From an uncultured Acidimicrobiales bacterium (GTDB taxonomy: Bacteria > Actinomycetota > Acidimicrobiia > Acidimicrobiales > Bin134), in assembly GCA_951813555.1 (NCBI GenBank), contig OX638344.1, forward strand, positions 2,975,076 to 3,039,075: a stretch of 64,000 nucleotides of DNA. Direction: 5' to 3'. Position numbers and translations under genes: made by a program. Below the pieces are notes generated by a model, which was not told where the DNA came from, did no database searches, and was given only the letters and a program-made list of their open reading frames with translations. This document shows positions 32,066 through 40,376 of this stretch, one piece after another (within the stretch, counting starts at the first letter, position 1; every line of letters begins with the position of its first letter).

Positions 32066-32830
32066 GTGACGGACAACTTCGACCTGACCGGGCGGGTGGC
32101 CATCGTCACCGGGGCCTCCCGGGGCATCGGCCAGGCCCTGGCCCTGGGGCTGGCTGAGGCCGGGGCCAAGATTGTGGCCGCCAGCCGCACGCTGGGTGCC
32201 TGCCAGACACTGGCCGACCAAATCACCGCCGCGGGTGGAGAGGCCATGGGAGCCGAACTCGACGTCGGCCAGCTGAACCAGCATCAGCCGCTGCTCGAGG
32301 CCACCATAAGCCGCTTCGGCCGTCTCGACGTGCTGGTGAACAACGCCGGAGTGCTGCGGCCCCACGTGACCACCCGGGTCACCCCCGAGGAGCTAGACGA
32401 CATCTTGGCCGTGAACCTCAAGGGCCCGCTGTTCTTATCGCAGGCCGCGCTCGACCACCTGGCCGACGACGGGGGCGGATCGATCATCAACATCGGCGCC
32501 CTGGGGGCCTTTCAGCCCATGGAGGGCATCGGCGCGTACTGTGCAGTAAAGGCGGCCATGGCCAACTGGACAACCACCATGGCCCGCGAGTGGGCCAGCC
32601 GTGGCGTGCGGGTGAACCTGCTGGTGCCCGGCCCGGTGGCCACCGACATGATCTTGCCCCGCGACCCCGACGCCCGGGCCCGCTTCGAGGAGGAGGTGGC
32701 CTCGGAGACCATCTTTGGGCGCCTCGGCGTTCCCGAAGATCTCGTGGGCGCCGCGGTGTTCCTGGCCAGCGACGCCTCGGCATTCATGAGCGGCCGCCCG
32801 GTGTTCGTCGACGGCGGAATGCTCCGCTGA
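32066..32830 (+). CDS. Short-chain dehydrogenase/reductase (FabG-like)
   Basis: 'VAIVTGASRGIG', 'NNAG' and 'YCAVKAA'. The start was moved to GTG 32066, just after the upstream stop. Confidence 0.85.
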   Translation: MTDNFDLTGRVAIVTGASRGIGQALALGLAEAGAKIVAASRTLGACQTLADQITAAGGEAMGAELDVGQLNQHQPLLEATISRFGRLDVLVNNAGVLRPHVTTRVTPEELDDILAVNLKGPLFLSQAALDHLADDGGGSIINIGALGAFQPMEGIGAYCAVKAAMANWTTTMAREWASRGVRVNLLVPGPVATDMILPRDPDARARFEEEVASETIFGRLGVPEDLVGAAVFLASDASAFMSGRPVFVDGGMLR

Positions 32831-32896
32831 ACTGGGAAGTCGGCCTAGGCGGCAAAGGTGCGCCTATTGCGGACCGGCACCGGGTAGGGTCGGGGC

Positions 32897-33568
32897 ATGG
32901 CCTCTGAGGTCTTGATCGCGCCTTCAGTGCTGCCCGCTGACTTCGCCCGATTGGGCGAGGAGTGCATCGGTTTGGAAAAGGCCGGAGCCGACCGCATCCA
33001 CTGGGATGTGATGGACGGGCGGTTTGTGCCCAACCTCACCTTCGGACCCGATGTCATCGCCTCGATCCGGTCCCTGGTGTCGTTGCCGTTCGAGGCCCAC
33101 CTGATGGTGGAGGAGCCCCATGAGCTGGCCCCCCGCTACGCCGAAGCCGGCTGCGAGCTGCTCACCGTCCACGCCGAAGCCTGCCCTCACTTGCACCGCA
33201 CCTTGGGGGCCATCCGAGAACTGGGCATGGATGCTGGCGTGGCATTGAATCCGGCCACCCCGGCCTCGGCCGTGGCGCATGTGCTCGACCTGTGCCAGCT
33301 GGTGCTGGTGATGACCGTCAACCCCGGTTGGGGTGGTCAGTCCTACATCGCGTCGATGGAGTCCAAGGTGGCCGAGCTGCGGGCGATGATCGACAAGAGC
33401 GGCTACGAGGTGGAGGTAGAGGTGGACGGCGGTATCGGCCCGGCCACTATCGCCGCCGCGGCCGGGGCGGGCGCAGAGGTGTTTGTGGCCGGCAGCGCAG
33501 TGTTCTCCGACGATTTGGGGTTCAACCACGCGATCAGCCAATTGCGAGAAGCGGCCGCCGCCCGCTGA
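32897..33568 (+). CDS. rpe: Ribulose-phosphate 3-epimerase
   Basis: 'IAPSVLPADFARLGEE', 'IHWDVMDGRFVPNLTFG', 'VLVMTVNPGWGGQ' and 'VEVDGG'. Confidence 0.9.
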   Translation: MASEVLIAPSVLPADFARLGEECIGLEKAGADRIHWDVMDGRFVPNLTFGPDVIASIRSLVSLPFEAHLMVEEPHELAPRYAEAGCELLTVHAEACPHLHRTLGAIRELGMDAGVALNPATPASAVAHVLDLCQLVLVMTVNPGWGGQSYIASMESKVAELRAMIDKSGYEVEVEVDGGIGPATIAAAAGAGAEVFVAGSAVFSDDLGFNHAISQLREAAAAR

Positions 33569-33570
33569 CC

Positions 33571-34074
33571 ATGCGAGTGGTCCGCCGCCGACTGCCGATT
33601 GTGGCGGTGCTGTTGCCAGCGGTTGCCGCGTTTGTCCTGGCCGTCGCGGCAATCGGCGCGTGCGGAGGCGAAAACCAGCCTGACCTGTCTGCTTTCTGCG
33701 AGAAGCTCCGCGTCGCGTCTGGACCCGAGGGAGCGCTGGCCTCGCTCGCACCCAACGACCCCGATGCCGCCGAAGTGGCTGCCGAAGAACTGGACAGCCT
33801 GCACCGAGCCGCCCCGTTGGAAGTCAAACCGTCGTTGGCCGTGATCAACAGCACCGTAGGCCTCGTTCTGACCGCCTTGAGCGGCTCGGAGGTCGCTGGC
33901 CAGGATTCCTTGCAGAAGATGAAAGGCGAGATGGCCGCCTATTCCGAGGCCGCCATTGAGTTGGCCCGATTTGCCGCCGACCATTGCGGCTTGGATCTGA
34001 ACCCCGAGACTCCCGCCATCATCTTCGATGCAGACCGGATTACCGGCGAAGTGCAGTTGGACGTGGCGGGCTGA
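33571..34074 (+). CDS. Putative lipoprotein
   Basis: ATG 33571. Signal peptide 'RRRLPIVAVLLPAVAAFVLAVAAIGACGG' with a lipobox-like Cys. No other motif. Confidence 0.55.
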   Translation: MRVVRRRLPIVAVLLPAVAAFVLAVAAIGACGGENQPDLSAFCEKLRVASGPEGALASLAPNDPDAAEVAAEELDSLHRAAPLEVKPSLAVINSTVGLVLTALSGSEVAGQDSLQKMKGEMAAYSEAAIELARFAADHCGLDLNPETPAIIFDADRITGEVQLDVAG

Positions 34075-34108
34075 TCCCTGCCGGCCGGGATTCGATTATC
34101 AGAAGAGG

Positions 34109-34699
34109 TCAGATCATCTCACCGCGCTTGACGATGACGTGGTCGATGATGCCGTACCGCTTGGCCTCTTCGGCGGTGAACCAGCGGTCGCGATCGGAGT
34201 CGGCCTCCACCTGCTCTACCGACTGGCCCGTGTGGGTGGCAATGCGTTCGGCCAACAGAGTCTTGACGTAGGCGTGCTGCTCGGCCTGAATGGCGATGTC
34301 GGTGGCTTGGCCCCGAACGCCACCGGAGGGCTGATGCATCATGATCCGGGCATGGGGCAGTGCATAGCGCTTGCCCGGCGCGCCGGCGCACAGCAGGAAC
34401 TGGCCCATAGAGGCGCCTAGGCCCATGCAGATGGTCCCCACATCGGGGGCGATGAACTGCATGGTGTCGTAGATGGCCATGCCCGAGGTGACCGATCCAC
34501 CCGGCGAGTTGACGTACAGCCAGATGTCCTTCTCGGGATCCTCGCCTTCCAGGTACAGGAGCTGGGCCGTGATGTAGTTGGCGATGTCGTCGTCCACGGC
34601 AGTTCCCAAGAACACGATGCGGTTCTTCAACAGCCGGTTGTAGATCTCGAACGCGCCGCGCTCAGGGCTGCCCGGCTCGAACAGGACGGGGTTTGTCAT
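34109..34699 (-). CDS. clpP: ATP-dependent Clp protease proteolytic subunit
   Basis: 'RIVFLG', the catalytic Ser context '[11 protein letters not shown]', the His context 'RIMMHQP' and the Asp context '[13 protein letters not shown]'. Confidence 0.9.
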   Translation of the reverse strand: MTNPVLFEPGSPERGAFEIYNRLLKNRIVFLGTAVDDDIANYITAQLLYLEGEDPEKDIWLYVNSPGGSVTSGMAIYDTMQFIAPDVGTICMGLGASMGQFLLCAGAPGKRYALPHARIMMHQPSGGVRGQATDIAIQAEQHAYVKTLLAERIATHTGQSVEQVEADSDRDRWFTAEEAKRYGIIDHVIVKRGEMI

Positions 34700-34717
34700 G
34701 GCCCCAATCGTACCGGC

Positions 34718-35866
34718 CTACGGCCCTCCACCGGCCACCCGATCCGCCGGCATCACGGTGCACACCGGGGCCTCAGGTGGTTCGGAGGGCAGCATGAACC
34801 GCCAGAACACCGCGGCCCGATGCTCACCGCAGGTGTCCAGCCAGTTAGGCACACCGGGGTCGCGGTGAGAAATGACCACCCGATAACGGCGGTCTGCACC
34901 TACCTCCATCTGGGTGTCGTTGAGCGACACGGTGCGTTCCAGGTAGTTGGCCGTTTGGCCCAACTCGTTCCAGATCACCACGTTGGTGAACAGGCCCTCG
35001 GGCAGCCGACCCTCCATCACTAGGGCCTCATCGGGGGCCAACTCGTACTCTCCGGCCGAGTAGGCGATGTCCACCGCTCCCCATCCGCCACCGTTGCTGT
35101 CGCTCCAGTCAACCGGCGGGCCCATTTGGTTGGGCACCTCGGAGTACCAACTCGGGCGGCGCCGGGGCTGCGGGCCGAGCATCTGCCCGCCGAACTTCGA
35201 GCGCACCCACGCCTCCACCCTCTTCAGGCGACGGGCCACCGAAGCATCGTCTGGTACCGGGGCCTGCCCGGGTCCATCGACTGATTCGATGCGCAGATCG
35301 GGTACCAATTCGATTTGGGCCGAGGCGGCTTCGGCCTCGCTGAAGTAGAACCGGACCACCACAGAGCCGGCGTCCTCCTCCAATGGCATCCAGTTGCCGC
35401 CTTGAGAGTCCGGCGACAGCACCACTTCGAAGCGGCCGTCGCCATCGAACACCATTTCATCCATGTTGAGCTCGGCCACGACCCGGGTTGGCCAGTGGCC
35501 GTCGCGGTCGCCGCCGTGCACGGTGAGCGACAGATAAACTTCCTGCCCCCGGCGTCCCTGCACTCGATACGAGCGGTCGCCCCGCAGCGGTGCGAAGAAG
35601 TAGATGGCGTCGGGGTTGTCGCCCCACTTCCGGTAGGGAGAGATGAGTCGCACGAAGTGGGGTTGCTCAGGTTCGTTCTCAAGATAGAGGTCCAACGCCC
35701 CCCACAGAGCCATAGCCAGGCCCCGAATGCCCAGGTGCTCTCTACCGGGGGCCAGGCCCCGCTGAGGCCCAATCCAGTCGGCGTCTATCTCCGACAGGGC
35801 GCTGAGCAAGTCCTGCCAAGCGCGCCGGGCCTCGCTGTCCGGCCCACTTTGCGGTCCCTCGCTCAC
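34718..35866 (-). CDS. Conserved hypothetical protein, distant third paralog of the 8465/9702 family
   Basis: It shares 'KWGDNPDAIYFFAPLRGDRSYRVQGR', a 'RVV.SH.DPG..NW' block and the overall length (382 aa). Confidence 0.55.
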   Translation of the reverse strand: MSEGPQSGPDSEARRAWQDLLSALSEIDADWIGPQRGLAPGREHLGIRGLAMALWGALDLYLENEPEQPHFVRLISPYRKWGDNPDAIYFFAPLRGDRSYRVQGRRGQEVYLSLTVHGGDRDGHWPTRVVAELNMDEMVFDGDGRFEVVLSPDSQGGNWMPLEEDAGSVVVRFYFSEAEAASAQIELVPDLRIESVDGPGQAPVPDDASVARRLKRVEAWVRSKFGGQMLGPQPRRRPSWYSEVPNQMGPPVDWSDSNGGGWGAVDIAYSAGEYELAPDEALVMEGRLPEGLFTNVVIWNELGQTANYLERTVSLNDTQMEVGADRRYRVVISHRDPGVPNWLDTCGEHRAAVFWRFMLPSEPPEAPVCTVMPADRVAGGGP

Positions 35867-36390
35867 AGCGCCTCCGGGCCCACCGGGTTCGCGGCCAGGG
35901 TGGCCTCGTCAGCGTCGAAGAGCACGGCCAGAAACGTGGTGGGCCGGTCGGTGCGGTTGCGCCAGGCGTGGACCGTCCCCCGCTGCACTACGCAGTCCCC
36001 GGCCCGGAGATGGACATCCTCATCGCCTTCCAATACCAGCCACAGCTCTCCCTCCAGCACGCAGATAAAATCCACTGTGGCGGTGCGGTGGAGATACTCT
36101 TCGTCGGCCACCAGCCGGGGGCAGCCGTCGGTGTCCACGTAGATCACCGAATCGGGCGGCAACTTGTTGCGGATTATGTTCACCCCGCCGGGCGGCGGCG
36201 ACAGCTGGAAGCCGTCTCGGTCTCCGGGAGCGGTGTAGCTAGTTGGAAGCTGATCTACCGCCCAGATCGCCGTAAGAAACTGGTCGGGATGGCGGGGACT
36301 GATCACCACCGGCGGCGGACCATCGATGTCCACCACCGAGTGGCCATCGCTGTTTACCGCGGTCACGATGCGTCGAAAGTCGTCGGTCAT
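35863..36390 (-). CDS. Cupin-domain protein
   Basis: 'GELWLVLEGDEDVHLRAGDCVVQRGTVHAWRN' is a cupin motif-2-like beta-barrel segment. 4-nt overlap with the downstream gene. ATG 36390 lies only 2 nt from the tRNA 3' end, so the true start may be further in. Confidence 0.6.
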   Translation of the reverse strand: MTDDFRRIVTAVNSDGHSVVDIDGPPPVVISPRHPDQFLTAIWAVDQLPTSYTAPGDRDGFQLSPPPGGVNIIRNKLPPDSVIYVDTDGCPRLVADEEYLHRTATVDFICVLEGELWLVLEGDEDVHLRAGDCVVQRGTVHAWRNRTDRPTTFLAVLFDADEATLAANPVGPEAL

Positions 36391-36391
36391 G

Positions 36392-36476
36392 TGCGCCAGG
36401 TGGGATTTGAACCCACACGGGCTTGCGCCCACAGGGACCTAAACCCTGCGCGTCTGCCAAGTTCCGCCACTGGCGC
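36392..36476 (-). tRNA. tRNA-Leu (anticodon UAG), type II with long variable arm, CCA not encoded
   Basis: Folded by hand from the reverse complement: acceptor GCGCCAG/CTGGCGC, D-arm GCG-GAACTTGGCAGA-CGC, anticodon stem CAGGG/CCCTG with loop TTTAGGT, variable arm GGGCGCAAGCCCGT, T-arm GTGGG-TTCAAAT-CCCAC, discriminator A. Confidence 0.9.
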
Positions 36477-36488
36477 GGCGGAACCAGG

Positions 36489-37085
36489 CTACCGGCCCAG
36501 TTGCTCGGCCAAAGCCTGGAATGCCCGCCCTCGGTGGGAGACAGCGTTCTTCTCGTCGGCCGACATCTCGGCAAAGGTGCGGCCGTCTCCCCCATCGGGT
36601 ACGAACACCGGGTCGTAGCCAAATCCCTGATTGTCCCGGGGAGCCTCGGCAATGGTGCCGGCGGCCATGCCCTCGGCCAGCAACTCGCGACCGTCGGGGA
36701 ATGCCACTACCGCCACGGTGCGGAAGCAAGCCGAGCGGTCGGCGGCCGCCTCCATCTCGGCCAGAAGCCGGCGGCGGTTGTCGGAGTCGTCGGCGTGCTC
36801 GCCGGCATAGCGGGCCGATCGTACTCCTGGCGCTCCCCCCAAAGCGGCCACCTCCAAACCGGTGTCGTCGGCCACTGCGGGCTGACCGGTGTGGCTGCAC
36901 ACTGCGGTGGCCTTCAGGCGGGCGTTGGCCTCAAGGGTGTCGCCGTCCTCTGTGATCTCGCCCAGGTCGGCGGGCCGGGGCAGCAACTCAACCGCCGATC
37001 CCAAGATGGCTGCGATCTCGGCCAGCTTGTGCGGGTTGGCGGTTGCCGCCACCAACCGCGGCGTTTCCTCTGGGGCGAAGCTCAA
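36489..37085 (-). CDS. rdgB: Non-canonical purine NTP pyrophosphatase (RdgB/HAM1)
   Basis: '[11 protein letters not shown]', '[20 protein letters not shown]', 'GFGYDPVF' and 'KN..SHRGRA'. Confidence 0.9.
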   Translation of the reverse strand: MSFAPEETPRLVAATANPHKLAEIAAILGSAVELLPRPADLGEITEDGDTLEANARLKATAVCSHTGQPAVADDTGLEVAALGGAPGVRSARYAGEHADDSDNRRRLLAEMEAAADRSACFRTVAVVAFPDGRELLAEGMAAGTIAEAPRDNQGFGYDPVFVPDGGDGRTFAEMSADEKNAVSHRGRAFQALAEQLGR

Positions 37086-37813
37086 CGGGGCGGGGGCGGA
37101 TCGGCCAGCAGCAGCTTCTGCCGCTTGATGATCTGCTCGATACCCGATGTGGCCAAATCCAACAGCTCATCGAGATGGTCTCGGCTGAACGGCTGGCCCT
37201 CGGCGGTTCCCTGCACCTCAACGAAGCGGCCCGACTCGGTCATGACCACGTTCATGTCCACCTCGGCGGCCACATCCTCCTCGTAGGGGAGATCCAGCGA
37301 TGGGATGCCGTCGATGACCCCAACCGACACCGCAGCGCAGGCCTCGATCATCGGGTGCTGATCGATATGGCCAGCGGCCACCAGGCGGGTGAAGGCGTCG
37401 TGCAGCGCCACATAGGCGCCGGTGATGGCGGCGGTGCGGGTGCCCCCGTCGGCTTGCAGCACGTCGCAGTCGCAAATCACCTGGCGCTCGCCGAGCTTGG
37501 CGGAATCGGTCACCGCCCGCAGCGAGCGCCCGATCAGCCGCTGTATCTCTTGGGTGCGGCCCGACTGGCGGCCCCGGGCCGCCTCCCGGTTGACCCGCTC
37601 CGGTGACGACCCTGGAAGCATGGAGTACTCGGCGGTGACCCAACCTCTTCCCCGGCCCTTCATCCACCGAGGAACATCGGGATCTACCGATGCAGTGCAC
37701 AGCACTCGGGTGCGCCCGAACGAGACCAAGACCGAGCCGTCGGCCATCTCGGTGAAATCCCGCTTGAAGCTGATGGACCGCAGCTCGTCCGCCGCCCGGC
37801 CGTCGCTTCTCAT
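37082..37813 (-). CDS. rph: Ribonuclease PH
   Basis: 'R.DGR...LR', '[13 protein letters not shown]', '[15 protein letters not shown]' and '[13 protein letters not shown]'. 4-nt overlap with rdgB. Confidence 0.95.
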   Translation of the reverse strand: MRSDGRAADELRSISFKRDFTEMADGSVLVSFGRTRVLCTASVDPDVPRWMKGRGRGWVTAEYSMLPGSSPERVNREAARGRQSGRTQEIQRLIGRSLRAVTDSAKLGERQVICDCDVLQADGGTRTAAITGAYVALHDAFTRLVAAGHIDQHPMIEACAAVSVGVIDGIPSLDLPYEEDVAAEVDMNVVMTESGRFVEVQGTAEGQPFSRDHLDELLDLATSGIEQIIKRQKLLLADPPPPR

Positions 37814-37848
37814 ATCGCTGCGCCCATACTTCTACTCCGCATCAAGAG

Positions 37849-37907
37849 GAACGGCCTCGACTCTGGCGGGATGAGTCGAGGCCGTTCGGCTGGAGCTGTG
37901 CTCCAGC
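37849..37907 (-). terminator. Two consecutive GC-rich hairpins downstream of cysM (candidate intrinsic terminator or RNA structure)
   Basis: Perfect 15-bp inverted repeat GAACGGCCTCGACTC / GAGTCGAGGCCGTTC (37849-37863 / 37873-37887, 9-nt loop). It is directly followed by an 8-bp stem GCTGGAGC/GCTCCAGC (37889-37907). No clear U-tract follows on either strand. Confidence 0.4.
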
Positions 37908-38010
37908 GTGGTGGTGTGGTTTGGGTGTATTAACTTTAGCAGCGCGGGGGGCTTATAGCACATCAAGGAACAGAAAACCTGTCTGAGTAGCAATTTTCTG
38001 AAATCCAGGT

Positions 38011-38961
38011 TCAGAAGTAGATGATCGACTCGGCTCGGGCCGTCACCTGGTCGATCGGATCGGTCCACGCCCCAGTAGAAAGGTACTTCCACCCACCGTC
38101 AGCCGACACCACCACCACCGCGCCCTCGTCGGTCCGCTCGGCCACTCGGGCCGCTCCGGCGAGCGCCGCGCCGGTGGAGATGCCGGCGAAGATGCCCGTT
38201 TCCTCGGCGAGGCGCCGGGTCCACTCAATCGACTCCCGGGGCCTCACTATGCGCTTGCCGTCCAATAGCTGGTCGCCGCCCCACTTCTCATACACCGGGG
38301 GGATGAACCCGTCGTCCAAGCTCCGGAGGCCGTCAACCATCTCTCCCGCGGGAGGTTCCACTGCCAGCACCCGCACAAAGGCCTTCCGCTCTTTGAGGTA
38401 GGCCCCCACCCCCATGAGGGTGCCGCTGGTGCCCAAACCCGACACGAAGTGGGTGATTTGAGGGCAGTCGGCGTAGATCTCCGGGCCGGTTGTGTTGTAG
38501 TGGGCCCGAGGGTTGGCCTCGTTGCCGTACTGGTAGAGGAAAGCCCACTCCGGGTTTTCCTCGGCCAGCTTCTGGGCCATCCGCACGGCACCGTTGGATC
38601 CCTCGGCGCCGGACGACCAGATGATTTCAGCGCCGAACACCTCGAGGAGCTGGCGTCGCTCAGCCGAGACGTTTTCGGGCATGACGATCTTGATCGGATA
38701 CCCCCGGAGCCGAGCGATCATGGCTAGGGCAATCCCGGTGTTGCCCGACGACGGCTCGATTATGGTGCGACCCGGTTCCAGCGTGCCGTCGGCCTCGGCT
38801 TCGAGGATCATCTCTCGGGCCACTCGATCTTTGACCGAACCGGCCGGGTTCACTCCCTCCAGCTTGACATGGATGGCCACCGACGGGTTCGGCGACAGCA
38901 CGGTGACGTCCACCATCGGGGTGTTCCCGATGAGATCGATCACCGATTTGTACATTGCCAC
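38011..38961 (-). CDS. cysM: Cysteine synthase, CysM type (closest by eye to the thiocarboxylate-dependent O-phosphoserine sulfhydrylase of mycobacteria)
   Basis: PLP-enzyme motifs 'NPAGSVKDR' and 'SSGNTGIALA'. Also 'VMPENVSAERRQLLEVFGAEI' and 'GGWKYLSTGAW', which I recall as very similar to M. tuberculosis CysM. Confidence 0.8.
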   Translation of the reverse strand: MAMYKSVIDLIGNTPMVDVTVLSPNPSVAIHVKLEGVNPAGSVKDRVAREMILEAEADGTLEPGRTIIEPSSGNTGIALAMIARLRGYPIKIVMPENVSAERRQLLEVFGAEIIWSSGAEGSNGAVRMAQKLAEENPEWAFLYQYGNEANPRAHYNTTGPEIYADCPQITHFVSGLGTSGTLMGVGAYLKERKAFVRVLAVEPPAGEMVDGLRSLDDGFIPPVYEKWGGDQLLDGKRIVRPRESIEWTRRLAEETGIFAGISTGAALAGAARVAERTDEGAVVVVSADGGWKYLSTGAWTDPIDQVTARAESIIYF

Positions 38962-38971
38962 AGGTTCCAGG

Positions 38972-39388
38972 CTACCCCTCGACAGACACCGGCTCTTCGG
39001 TAATCTCGCCGTCGAGAATGCGGTAGCAGCGCAGCGAGGGTTCGGGATCCTTCAGCGAAACGATCACATAAAGCAGCGCCCCGAAGGGGTCAAAGGCCGA
39101 GGCGTCGCGTACATCGGTGGGCGATGGAAAGGCCGTGGTGTGGGTGTGAGAGTGCATCACCGCCACCAGGGCCAACCCCTCGTCATCGGCAGTGCGCTCC
39201 ACTTGGAGGTACTCGGAGTCGTCCAACCGGTAGATCTGGCTCGACTCCGCCGCGTTGCGCACCGGAAAGAACCGGTCTACCTGCTCTACCCCACCCCGAG
39301 CAGCCAACAGCCCGCAGGCCTCGTTGGGCAAGCCCGAAAGCGCATGAGCAATGACCTCCGAGTAAACCTCACCACTCAACCGCAGCAC
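38972..39388 (-). CDS. mec: JAMM/MPN+ metalloprotease (Mec-like)
   Basis: 'NEACG' (Glu), 'HSHTHTTAFPSPTD' (the HxH...S..D JAMM motif). 138 aa. It sits 10 nt upstream of cysM. Confidence 0.8.
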   Translation of the reverse strand: MLRLSGEVYSEVIAHALSGLPNEACGLLAARGGVEQVDRFFPVRNAAESSQIYRLDDSEYLQVERTADDEGLALVAVMHSHTHTTAFPSPTDVRDASAFDPFGALLYVIVSLKDPEPSLRCYRILDGEITEEPVSVEG

Positions 39389-39409
39389 CCGCTCACCCTA
39401 TCTGGCCCT

Positions 39410-40111
39410 TCAGCCGCCCTTTCTGTTACAGCGCTCCTCGGGGGTGAGGCCGGACAAAGCAATGACGGGGTTTGGCGGGCTGGAATCGGCGGTAAGGTCA
39501 GCGGAAGCAAATGGGGACCCAAAGCGGGTGACCACGGGCACCACCCCCGCCCACCATGGGCCGGCGATGTCCTGAGGCTCGTCGACGGGGTCGCCATTGC
39601 GGATCTTGGCCGACGCCTCGGTCAGCGGCACCTCCAGCACCAGGGTCTTGCGCAGGTCCGACGGGGACGGAGGTCGACCGCTGTCCCAGTTCTCAACCAC
39701 ATGGTCGGTCACCAGTTTGAGGGCATAGCCTTTGCGCTCATCTTCGTCGACACGCCGGGCTGTTCCCCTGATCAACGCCGAGCGGTAGTTCATCGAGTTG
39801 TGGAAGGGCGTTCGGGCCATCACCAACCCATCCAGACATGTGACGGTGACGCAAACCTCCTGGCCGGCACCGGTACCGAGTAGGTGGTTCGCCACCGCAC
39901 CGTGGAGAAAAAGGCATTCGCCGTCATGCCCGTAGGCCATGGGCAGCACCAGCGGCCCATCGGAAGTGGACACCCCCACATGGGCGATCAATCCAGCATC
40001 GAGAATGCTTAGTACGTCCTCCTTGGCATACCGTGCTCGGCCAGCCCCCCGACGCACCCTTACACGCTCCGACGGTGCCGCTGTTTGGCCATCTAGTCCC
40101 GGATCACCCAT
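39410..40111 (-). CDS. Pyridoxamine 5'-phosphate oxidase-like FMN-binding family protein
   Basis: 'ILDAGLIAHVGVSTSDGPLVLPMAYGHDGECLFLHGA' is typical of the split-barrel PNPOx-like family (by eye). It sits 21 nt upstream of mec. Confidence 0.6.
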   Translation of the reverse strand: MGDPGLDGQTAAPSERVRVRRGAGRARYAKEDVLSILDAGLIAHVGVSTSDGPLVLPMAYGHDGECLFLHGAVANHLLGTGAGQEVCVTVTCLDGLVMARTPFHNSMNYRSALIRGTARRVDEDERKGYALKLVTDHVVENWDSGRPPSPSDLRKTLVLEVPLTEASAKIRNGDPVDEPQDIAGPWWAGVVPVVTRFGSPFASADLTADSSPPNPVIALSGLTPEERCNRKGG

Positions 40112-40376
40112 GGCCTGCGAAACTATCGGGGTGCACCTGCTCTTCTCCGCCGAATTTCTATGCCGGGTGTCGTCCCCGGCCGAAGAGATGGAGGATCAGA
40201 GAACCCAACCCTCTTCTGGTCGGTGGCCTACCCTTGCATATGCCCTTTCTGACTGCAATGAGTCAATATGACATCAGATGCGAGTAGCGGAATCGCTATA
40301 TCGAGCTGCCGATTGGCACTTATGAAAAACACCCGGTGACACTCTTAGACCTGGACCGCACAGGACGGCGGACACA

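Noticed and set aside
37832-38092. 86-aa ORF spanning the cysM 3' end and the downstream spacer.
   Set aside because: It overlaps the well-supported cysM frame, and its translation has no features of a real protein.
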